From: Pristiophorus japonicus
Taxonomy: Eukaryota
Length of the DNA: 64,000 bases
NCBI RefSeq assembly: GCF_044704955.1
Contig: NC_091977.1
Span: 12,400,001 to 12,464,000 of the forward strand
Direction: 5' to 3'
Below, in pieces: positions 36,730 through 47,147 of this stretch. The notes beneath the pieces were generated by a model. The model saw only the letters and a program-made list of their open reading frames with translations, searched no databases and was not told where the DNA came from. Numbering within the stretch: position 1 is the stretch's first letter; each line of letters begins with the position of its first letter. The position numbers and the translations under genes were made by a program.

Positions 36730-38215
36730 GAGATAGAATTGCATCATCCGGCTGTGTATTTAGCGTTGGCTCATCCACAGTCTGGTTCTGCTCTGTTCTT
36801 TCCTCCTGTGAAGGCACCTGTGTTGCTGTCCTGAGGGAGAGCAGCCTCATCTGTGGGCACTGTCTGGGACTCTCCGGCTGTTAATTCACTGAGTGATTGA
36901 TGTGTGGGATGGACATGGAGAAGGAGTTTTACTCTTTATTTAACCTGTGCTGTATCTACACTGTTCATTCAATCTTTAATAATGGCTCGGTGTGATATTT
37001 TTGTTTGATAATGCATCTGTGAAGGCCCTTTTAACAGTGGCACCCTGGAAGCAGTCTCAGCCTCCAAGGAAACAGTTTGTGCTGTGATAGAAGCTGCCAG
37101 ATTGGTCTTCAGATGCTCCACAATGGTGCATTCTACAGCCGTGCTGATCAGGCTGACCCCCTTTCCCATGTTGGAAAGGATGGGCTCCAAGCTCTGTGTA
37201 AAGCACTGCACCAACTCCTCCATGTTTTTGACATTGTGCTCAGGCCTCACAGTGCAACAAGCATTTTGTTGTGCACACCCATCAGTCTTCCTCTGCAGCC
37301 TGTCCCATCGACGTACCCATCTGAGTCCTCTACAGCAGAACTAGTGTACGACCTTACCCTCCAGTGAGCACCACCTGTGGTGTCCTTTCCCCTCCTCCAG
37401 CCCTGGCTCCTTTGCACATTTCCCCAGTGACCATGTGCAGATCTCTCCTCTAAAGCCTCTGAGGTCCGCAGAGGTCAGTCTCTGAGCTGGCAGAGTGAAA
37501 TCAAGGCACGGTGCATCTGCATCATCATTCTCTTCTTCCTCCGCCACTGGCTGAGAGCTTCCACTTCTTGGGAGCTGAAATTAAAAAGGGACAAGGGTTA
37601 ATGCTGTGGTGAGAGGAGAGAGGAAGAAGTGTGTGCTGACATCATCTGTAACCTCTCATTCAGTGTGTGTGGGGTGAGGGGGGAGTGAGGAGAGGAAGAC
37701 TAGATTGGTAGAACCCATGATCATCGACCCCTCCTGTGTCACCAGTGACCACGACCTCAGCGACACCCCCTCCCATTGCCATTATTGCAAGGACTCCAGT
37801 TTCTTGCTGCTGCCTCCTATTGTGTGTCACCCACCACAAGAAAGAGGGAAGTGTGCAACTTGTCTGGGTGATGTCACTGACTGAATAGCTGACAGTGTGT
37901 GTGTCAGTGTGTGAGAAGCGAATAGTTGGTGTGAGATTTTTTTACAGTACTGCATGTGAGAGGGTGATATCTAGCATGTTGATTGAAGTGTTCAGTAATG
38001 ATTAATAGAGATTGTAGGCGGTGGGGAATGGGGATGGTGTTAATTCAGCAGTGATGAGGCTAGCGGAGCAGCTGTTATGAGAAACCATTTGAAGATTGAT
38101 CGTACCTTGACAACTCTTATCAGATAATTGAACTTGTTCCGACTGCATCCAGATACGTGGCCCACATTGCTTGCATTCACCTCCTGTGATCTTCTCCCAC
38201 TGCGTCCTCAGCATG
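36730..38215 (-). pseudogene. Decayed PIF/Harbinger Myb/SANT-like gene remnant
   Basis: Minus strand with frameshifts reads LRTQWEKI..EVNA..PRIWMQ.RNKFN.L.RVVK|gt, then HNRRQQQETG, then an acidic exon. This matches the multi-exon Harbinger Myb-protein pattern. Confidence 0.6.
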
Positions 38216-39246
38216 TGGTATGAGGGCTAGTAATCCAGAGGCCTGGACTATTGATCCAGAGACATGAGTTCAAATCCCACCACAGCAGCTGGGGAATTTA
38301 AATTCAGTGAATTAAATAAATAAATCTGGCATTAAAAAGCTAGCATCAGTAATAATCCAGCAAATTGTCGCAAAAACCCATCTGTTTCACGAATGTCCTT
38401 TCCGGAAGGAAATCTGCCGTCCTTACCCGGTCTGGTGTAGATGTGACTCCAGACCCACTGCAATGTGGTTGACTCTTAACTGCCCTAGCAAGCCACGCAG
38501 TTGTACACAACCGCTACGTAAAATTAGAAAAAACAGTGGGACCACCCAGCATCGACCTCGGCACTGGCTACGGACACGACAACAGTACACCCAGCCCAAT
38601 CAACCCTGCAAAGTCCTTCTCACCAACATCTGGGGACTTGTGCCAAAATTGGGAGAGCTGTCCCACAGACCAATCAAGCATCAGTCTGACGTAGTCATAC
38701 TCACACAACCATACCTTTCAGCCAATGTCCCAGACTCCTCCATCACCATCACTGGATAGGTCCTGTCCCACCGGCAGGACAGACCCACCGGGGGTGATGG
38801 CACAGTGGTATACAGTCGGGAGGGGGTGACCTTGGGAGTCCTCAACATTTGAATATGGACCCGATGAAGTCTCATGGGCACGGATGGGCATGGGCAAGGA
38901 AACCTTCTGGTGATTACCACCTTCCACCCTCCCTCAGCTAATAAATCAGTACTCCTCCATATTGATCACCCTTGGAAGAAGCACTGAAATTAGCAAGGAC
39001 ACAGAATGTACTCTGGGTGGGGGACTTCAATGTCTATCACCAAGAGTGGCTTGGTAGCACCACTTCTGACCGAACAGGTTGAGTCCTGAAGGACATAGCT
39101 GCCAGACTGGGCCTGCGATAGATGGTAACAGAACCAACATGAGGGAAAAATCTACTTGACCTCATTCTCACCAATCTACCTGTCGCAGATGCATCTGTCC
39201 ATGACAGCATTGGTTGCAGTGACCACCGCACAGTCATTATGGAGAC

Positions 39247-39612
39247 TGTTATATATGCAGACTATAGTTATACTCTCTGTGTAGTCACTGTATAGTTGCA
39301 TAAGATGGAGACTTGTTTCCTGATGTACTATCAATAAGGGTTACACTGTGCATATACTACGCTGGCACCACTAGAGGGTGCAACTGGTGGAGACCGGGGT
39401 CTTCTACCCCTGTAGCAGAGGCTGTCCACCAGAGGGCAAAGCGGTGGGAGACCTGAGGGTCACCTGCATAGGTGTGCAGGGCCCAGTATAAAAGGCTGCC
39501 CACCATGCTTGTGCCTCACTCTGGAGTTACAAATAAAGGACCAAGGTCACTACAGTTTGAGTACAACACATTGCCTCGTGGAGTCATTCATAAGTACATT
39601 ACAGACATAACA
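39247..39612 (+). mobile_element. Solo LTR (366 bp, Gypsy-type)
   Basis: TGTTAT...ATAACA termini, TSD GAGAC/GGGAC, TATAAAA at 39487, AATAAA at 39532. Confidence 0.9.
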
Positions 39613-40113
39613 GGGACGAAGTCCCATCTCCACACTGAGGACACAATCCATCATGTTGTGTCGCATGCTAAATGGGATAGATTCAGAACAAATCTAGCAG
39701 TTCAAAACTGGGCATTCATGAGGCTCTGTGGGCCATCAGCAGCAGCAGAATTCTATTCCACCACAATCTGTAACCTCATGGCCCAGTATATCCCTTACTC
39801 TACCATTACCATCAAGCCAGGGGACCAACTCTGGTTCGATGAAGAGTGTAGGAAAGCATGTCAGGAGCAGCACCAGGCATAACTGGGGAAGCTGCAACAC
39901 AGGACTACTTACATGCTGTAGACAAGGCTAAGCAATCCCACAACCAACAGATCAGATTAAAGCTCTGCAGTCCTGCTACATCCAGTCATGAAGGGTGGTG
40001 GACCATGAAACAACTAATGGGAGGAGGAGGCTCTATGAATATCCCTATCCTCCATGATGACGGAGCCCAGCACATGAGTGCAAAAGACACGGCTGAAGCA
40101 TTTACAACCATCT

Positions 40114-40441
40114 TGATAGAGTATTCAAACAGGCTCATTTAGACAGACTGTGAAAATTCACAGACCCCCAAGTCAAGGCTGCTACATGCAGTTCGGCATG
40201 TTGCATTAACTCATCAATCAACTTGACATTTTCGGACCTTGGGTAGTGAGCCAATAAGGTCAAAGAAGGCGAGTTATTTTCTGTAAATTGATCCAGGTAT
40301 AAAATACAGCCATTTTGACCATGTGTCTCAGTAAGACAAAGAAACTGCCAATCAGCCAGCAGCTTGTTACTCTCTGACAAGATTAAAAAGTTAAAACTAC
40401 CATCGGAGTTCGTATTTCATTGGAAATTAAGAGATCTAACA
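40114..40441 (+). repeat. ERV 5' LTR
   Basis: TG...CA termini, CCAAT, TATAAAA, ATTAAA; direct repeat of 46820-47147. Confidence 0.97.
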
Positions 40442-40445
40442 ATTT

Positions 40446-40463
40446 TGGCGCTGCGAACAGGAT
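40446..40463 (+). promoter_or_regulatory. Primer binding site, best fit tRNA-Ser(CGA)-like
   Basis: TGGCGCTGCGAACAGGAT versus the recalled vertebrate Ser(CGA) complement TGGCGCTGTGAGCAGGAT (16/18). Confidence 0.65.
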
Positions 40464-40732
40464 CGCTGAGGAAAGAAACTGAATTTTCGACATCGGACCT
40501 ACATATTGAGGTAAGGACTCCTCTTTTTAAAAAAAGTACTCGGTCAAAAGTCTAAATTCGCCTCTCCTTCTACGCGATTCCGAAAGCCTCCAGTTTGCGA
40601 ACCCTCCGGTTGGTAGTCGGCTCAAGGTCCCATAGACATCTAAACTTCGGCGGTGTGTTAGTTAATTAATCACCGACCTATTGATTGGCTAGCAAGCCTA
40701 CGACTCGAGACCCCAGTAAAGAACTCAGTATA

Positions 40733-42296
40733 ATGGCAGCAGGAGATAAGAGCAAAGAATTGCCTACAACTGTTAAAGGTGGGCAAGCACCACCTGAGGT
40801 TTCGCTAGATTTAATTCTCGAATAGTTGAAAGAATACAAAGAGCAACAATTCAACTTATCTAAAACCTGTATTAAGATCGAACAAAAGTACGGAACCTCC
40901 AAAGGACAATGGTCCTTGGACGAGATTAAAAGCGTCTGGGGAAAAACGACCCATATAAAACATAAAGAGCGAACTAGATGGTCCCTAGCGGTTATGGGAC
41001 AGATCTGAAACCGGAATGAAATTATAATGCGTTCCCAACATGATCGAGAACTGACCAGTACAAAGGATCAATTGCAAGCTGTTTGTGCACAGCTGCGACA
41101 GAAACAGCTTGAATTTGAAAAGCTGGAAGCGGAAGTTAAAGATCTTAAAGGTGAAATTAAAGAATGGAAAAAATCATTAGGTCAAGAGACAGTAATAGGA
41201 AAAGGAAAATGTATCGGTCAATTCCCAGGGTACCCATGTTTGGATAAATTAAAAGCGCAAACCCGAAGACACGACCGAGGAATAGATACGAATTCTGAAT
41301 CCTCTGACGATACAGTGACGGAGGATGAAGAATTAGGGGTGCGCTTTGCCCCATTTAAAAAAAGACGAGTTGTAGTCAAATCAGAAAAGACTGCGGATGA
41401 GGGCGGAACCAAAAAAACAAAGAGAAGGGTGTACGAAGAATACTTATTTCATGATCCGGCAGACCCAGAGAAAATTGATAAATGGTCCAAGGAATTGCCC
41501 AATCCAAAGAAAGGGGGAGTAAAAACGTGGGACCAATTGGGACCACTTAAGAAATATATATCAACTTCATCCCTGGGATGGAGTGCAAATTTTGACCATA
41601 ATGGTGCCAAAAACACAGGGAAGAAAATTGCACGACAAGGTAGATGAAGCTTTGGGGCAGAATGAGCAAGAATTAGACGCAGGATGGGAGGCGATTAAAC
41701 ACTGGCTGCAAGCCTTCAGTACAGCTAAGACAGACTGGGGAAAAATTGCAGCTTGCCAACAGAAAGGAACAGAGGAGGTCCTGGAGTATGACGAGCGGTT
41801 TAGATGCACGTGGCTAGAACATTCGGGTATGAATAATACGGATGAGGAAATGGATGAACAAGTGTTTGGACCCCTGAAAGCAGCTTTCGTGGCAGGTCTA
41901 AAGCCAGAACTGTCCAAAATACTTAAGGTAGTGTTACCGGACTGGGAAGGTAGAGGAACTACCTTTGCAGCATTGGTGGATCGATGTAACCAATTAGACT
42001 GGGATATGGGAGCTAAAGTTCGAGCTGTACAGGCTATGGGATGGAAATCCCAGGATTCCGATAAACAGTTATTAGGAAAATTACCCGGAAAATGTCATTA
42101 TTGTGGGAAAGAAGTTCACTGGGCCAAGACATGCAGGGCAAAACAGCAAGGTCGTGGCTGGGGAAGAGGACGCAGCCAGGGATACAATTCAGCCAACAAA
42201 CCAGGCTTGTCACAAGATAACGATCTCATAGAAGCATTTAAGCGACTGACAATACAACAACAGAAGGAGTTACTTGGGATAGCAAAAAACGATTAG
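40733..42296 (+). pseudogene. gag: ERV gag (2 stops, 1 frameshift)
   Basis: ATG 40733 is in frame with ORFs 40826 and 41027. Coiled coil, YPCL late-domain-like motif, MHR-like QKGTEEVLEYDERF, single CX2CX4HX4C. Confidence 0.9.
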
Positions 42297-42357
42297 AGCC
42301 CACCCTGGCCCCCTCCTCGCACTAATACAACAAAGGGGAGATGGGCTATATACAACT

Positions 42358-45167
42358 GTGAGGGTGGGCGATAAGGATGTGGACTGTCTTTTCGACACAG
42401 GGGCGGAATTAACATGCTTACCCCTACAATATGGAGACTTTTTGCCGTTGGATGGTAGGGCACGTACAGCCTATGGAGTTGGGGGCCATAAAATGGAAAT
42501 TAAAAGGACAACACCGGTACTTATAGGGCTGGGTCCACATGAACTAACCACGCCGGTCTGGATAGGCCCAGTAGATCAACCCCTTTTGGGAATGGACGTT
42601 CTAATCCAAGTAGATTCATCGTTGCATTTCGAGGATGGTCGGGTGACATGGTCAATTAGAACTTTGAAGAAAGAAGAATTGAAGGAACACCCGATATGGG
42701 CTAAAGATAAGAACGATTGTGGCCTACTCCAGATGGAGCCTGCGTCATTTACAGGGACCAAGCCTCCATGCACTAAACAGTATCCCATCAGTCCAACTGC
42801 CATCGCGGGAATCTTACCGGTTATTCAGCAATTGGAGAAACAAGGGGTGCTTATTAAAACGCATAGCTCCTCCAATAGCCCCGTGTGGCTGGTACAGAAA
42901 TCTAATGAGACTTGGCGTTTGACTGTCGATTATCGGAAAGCTAACCAGTGTATTGATCAAAAAGCTCCTTTGGTCGCAGATCCCTCCACCATTTTTAATG
43001 CCCTCAAACCGGAACATAAATATTTCTCGGTTATAGATATGGCCAACGGATTTTGGTCGGTGCCTCTGGCACCGGAGGTTCGACAGTGGTTTGCTTTCAC
43101 TGTCCAAGGACAACAGTATACTTGGACCCGGTTACTGCAGGGTTTCCACAACAGCCCTACGGTATTCCACATGGCTTTACAAAGCCATTTGCGAGAATTA
43201 CCTCCCCTGTCGTCCACAGTCATCCAATATGTAGACAATATCCTGCTAGCTTCAAACACGGAAGACCAGCATGAACAAGATTTACGAGCTTTGCTGGATC
43301 ACCTTCGGCTGAAAGGACATAAAGCCAGCATCGACAAAGCATAAATATCCCAAGAAGAGGTTGTATACCTGGGACAAAAGATTTCACAAGGAAAGAGAGA
43401 ACTTACCCAGGTTAGAACTGCAGCCATTCGGGCTGCTAAAAAACCCACCACTATTCAGGAACTAAGATCTTTTTTGGGATTGTGTAACTTTAACAGAAAT
43501 TGGATTGACTCCTTCACACAGCTTGCTCAGCCATTGAATGATATTTTAAAGGGGAAACATGCCTCTAAAGAAGCATCACCCTCACTAAAGAACAGCAAGA
43601 GGCCTTCCTGAGTTTGAAAAAGGCTTTGTATTCGGCACCGGCTCTGGGAATCCCCGACAGTGGTATGCCCATTTACCCCGTTTGTTCATGAGAAAGAAGG
43701 ATATATGACAGCTAATGTTTACACAGATTCGCGTTATGCTTTTGGAGTCGCTCACAACTTTGGTATGTTATGGCGGAAAAGAGGATTCTTCACTGCAGCT
43801 GGTACACCTATCCGAAATGGAAAAGAAGTCCGAGACTTACTGGAGGCCATATAATTACCTCAGGAAGTGTCCATCCTGAAGTGTAAGGCCCATACCAAGG
43901 AAAATACCACAGAAGCACAGGGAAATGCCCTAGCCGACCAGGCAGCTAAAGATGCCGCCTCACAGGGCGTTCCTCCAGAAGAACCAACACAGATGTGCAG
44001 ATTGAAAGCACTCAGGACTCTGACACGAGACCTTCAAACAATGCAAGGCGAGTGCTCCCAAGAGGAAAAATGGACATGGATTGAGGCAGGAATTAAGCTA
44101 TGCGAAGATGGTGTCTGGAGACAAAGAGTTACCGACAAGCCAGTCGCGCCACAAGCGCTTATGCCTTTTTTAGCCCAACAGATCCCAACAGATCCACTCG
44201 TGGGGACACTTGGCCTCACAACAGTTGACGGCACGGTTCCAGAAAAGCTGGTGGGGTCAGGGATTTAAAAAACATGCCCAGCTGGTAACAGACCGCTGTG
44301 TGGTCTGGCAGAAAAATAATTCTGGACCCATCACGGTAATGCCCCAACTGAGGCCCCCTGCCCCTGTCGGACCATTCCAGCATCTGCAGGTTGATTATAT
44401 ATCTCTTCCTTCATGCCAAGGATACACTAACATTCTTGTCATGGTCGACAGATTCTCTAGATAGGTAGAAGCTGTCCCAACTAAAAGAGCCACAGCCAAT
44501 CACACTGCAAAGGTCTTGTGTAAGGATTAAATTCCCCGATGGGGAGTCCTGAGTAGCATTGACTCAGATCAGGGAACACACTTCACAGGTGCTGTCTGCC
44601 AAGAAGTCTGTAGGTTACTGAACATTACGTGGGATTTACACTGTCCTTATCATCCACAATCATCAGGACAAGTAGAGCGAATGAATCGAACTCTGAAACA
44701 ACGGCTTGCCAAATATCACCAAGAAGGAACACCATGGCCCCAGGCACTACCAATAGTGCTATGTAGCATTAGGGCAACCCCGAACAGAACTACAGGTCTA
44801 AGCCCATTTGAAATTATAACAGGAAGACCCATGTCGCTGCCAGGAACTAGCGATTTACGGAAAGCTGATGTTCACTTAATGAGTTGACACTTTGTTATCA
44901 TACTGTCAGAACTTAACCAATGCTATTAGTTCTGTTTCCCGACAGGTATCGGCAGCTTGGGGTAATCCACCCGAAGGAGGACACGACATCATCCCGGGAG
45001 TCTGGGTCTATGTGAAAAAGTTGCATAAAGAACCTTTGGGTGCCAAGTGGGAGGGACCTTATCAAGTGTTATTGACCACCCAGGCAGCTGTTAAAGTCCA
45101 AGGAAAGAAAGCCTGGATCCACGCTTCACACGTTAAACAAGCACCCGTAACTGAAGCTGAAATCTAA
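42358..45167 (+). pseudogene. pol: ERV pro-pol (PR, RT, partial RNase H, IN), disabled
   Basis: FDTGA, LLGMD; RT QYTWTRLLQGFHNSP, YVDN; RNase H YTDSRYAF..GNALAD; integrase LQVDY..DSDQGTHF..GQVERMN; GPY module. Confidence 0.93.
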
Positions 45168-45191
45168 TAAGGACAATTACTTTTTGCGAAA

Positions 45192-46544
45192 ATGTATAAG
45201 TGTACTGTATTATTGATTGTAGGTATTTTAGACATAGGCCTACTTCTTACTAGCCGACCCTCTGCACCAAAGGGGAATAGTAGGGTAGCAAGGGAATTAC
45301 ATGTAAATACCTTTTTATATATGTCATACATTTATGCCAAACAAGGTAACATTTCTAGTTGTTGGGTGTGTGCGCATATTCCTATTCACGCAAAGGGAGG
45401 GATTCCCTTGAGGCCAGTTCCCTTGAATATCTTGGAAATGGCTGAGTGGATAATTAATCAAAATAAAACAGGCAATGCGTTTCAGGATACGGAAAACTGG
45501 GCACGTAAATGGAAGTCAGCAGGTTACAATCTGACTACCTTTGAAGGGGGATACCAACCGTGCTACAATAATTCCAAACGTCCCCCATTTTTTGTTATCA
45601 CTAATACAACGGGAATAGGAAGACCGGGGGAATCGGTCTGTCTGATTAGAAACATCAAAGGAGGCCAAAATATGGGGTATAGTAACTGCTCCCGGAATTA
45701 TAACATAATCAAGCCACGGAACCGTCCAAACTGGGCTGATGTGGGAATTTTTAACGTAACGGGGATTCTGAATAAAACAGATGGAAAAGCCTGGACAGGC
45801 CCCAGAGTGTTGCTGACAAAGAAACAGCTAACCTTCATTGCCTATAATGGCACCTATTGAGTGTGTGGCCACAAGGCCTACCCTTGGCTGCCCCAGAATT
45901 GGATGGGATCCTGCTATTTAGCCTACATTGTGCCTTATATGTATCATATAAAGTCACTGTCGGAACATTTACACCGTCCTAAGAGAGCTATCACAGAAAC
46001 AGAGAGGTTCTTTGCCATTCTGATTCCCAGGTATGGGACCGCCAGACTGGCAAGGGAATCCATTAACATGGCATCCGCTGTGGAACGGGTAGCCAATGAT
46101 ACCTCAGAGGCCCTAGTTAAAATCAATGCAGAAATGGTAGCAATCCGCACAGTAGCCCTACAGAATAGACTGGTCCTTAATTACATCCTGGCTGAAAAGG
46201 GAGGTACTTGCACCCTACTCGGAACTGAGTGTTGCACATATATCCCAGATAGCTCCAAAGAAATTACCCACTTAGCGGAGCATATCCAAAAGGATGTAGA
46301 AAAACTTAAGCAACCCCCATCATTCACTTTGTGGAGCGGAGCCACTGAATGGCTAGGTTCAGTAGGAACTTCATTGGTGGAAGGTTTAATTCTATTTGTT
46401 GTAATTATTTTACTTTTATATTGTTTGTTTATGTTGATTAAATGTTGTTGCGACCAGGCGGCTGTAGCTGCTGTCCCGCAGGTGAGACACCTTGCAGGTC
46501 CCAGCAGACCGTCTGTACGTGGCACAGGGGTATGTTATGCTTAA
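45192..46544 (+). pseudogene. env: ERV env, gamma-type, 450 codons with a single in-frame stop at 45858-45860
   Basis: Signal peptide, CWVC, furin site RPKR, fusion peptide, ISD LQNRLVLNYIL, CX6CC, transmembrane helix. ORFs 45192-45860 and 45861-46544 are contiguous and in frame. Confidence 0.95.
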
Positions 46545-46819
46545 GGGAAGGTTGTTTACTGGTTGAATTAAGATATTGATTTGGATTAAATTGGAATAAG
46601 GTTAATTAACCTACTAAAACCAGACTTCCATTGTGGCCACGATGGAACTCGGGTTGGTGTAAATTTGTGTGGAAGCTACTAGTCCGGACATGTGGCGAAA
46701 CACATCAACAAATTTTAGAAGGAAACTCTATTAACATGTATGAAATTATTTTGTAGAATGTTTAATCAGTGATACCTGAAGTTTTATGATTCAGTTTGTG
46801 AAAGAATCAAAGGGGGGAT

Positions 46820-47147
46820 TGATAGAGTATTCAAACAGGCTCATTTAAACAGACTGTGAAAATTCACAGACCCCCAAGTCAAGGCTGCTACATGCAGTTC
46901 GGCATGTTGCATTAACTCATCAATCAACTTGACATTTTCGGACCTTGGGTAGTGAGCCAATAAGGTCAAAGAAGGCGAGTTATTTTCTGTAAATTGATCC
47001 AGGTATAAAATACAGCCATTTTGACCACGTGTTTCAGTAAGACAAAGAACCTGGCAATCAGCCAGCAGCTTGTTACTCTCTGCCAAGATTAAAAAGTTAA
47101 AACTACCATCGGAGTTCGTATTTCATTGGAAATTAAGAGATCTAACA
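46820..47147 (+). repeat. ERV 3' LTR
   Basis: Direct repeat of 40114-40441. Confidence 0.97.

Larger units (their letters stand above)
40114..47147 (+). mobile_element. Endogenous retrovirus provirus, 7034 bp (class I/epsilon-related features; clade unresolved)
   Basis: 328-bp LTRs with 6 differences counted, perfect 4-bp TSD ATCT, PBS, PPT 46801-46819, leader splice donor GAG|GTAAGG at 40510/40511, gag, pro-pol, env. Confidence 0.97.

Noticed and set aside
40180-40204. p53-like pair of CATG half-sites in the ERV LTR
   Set aside because: Poor flank match to RRRCWWGYYY and a spacer between the half-sites.
40733-46544. APOBEC-type G-to-A hypermutation of the ERV (three probable Trp-to-stop changes)
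   Set aside because: Other lesions are C-to-T or CpG transitions; strand bias cannot be shown without a consensus.
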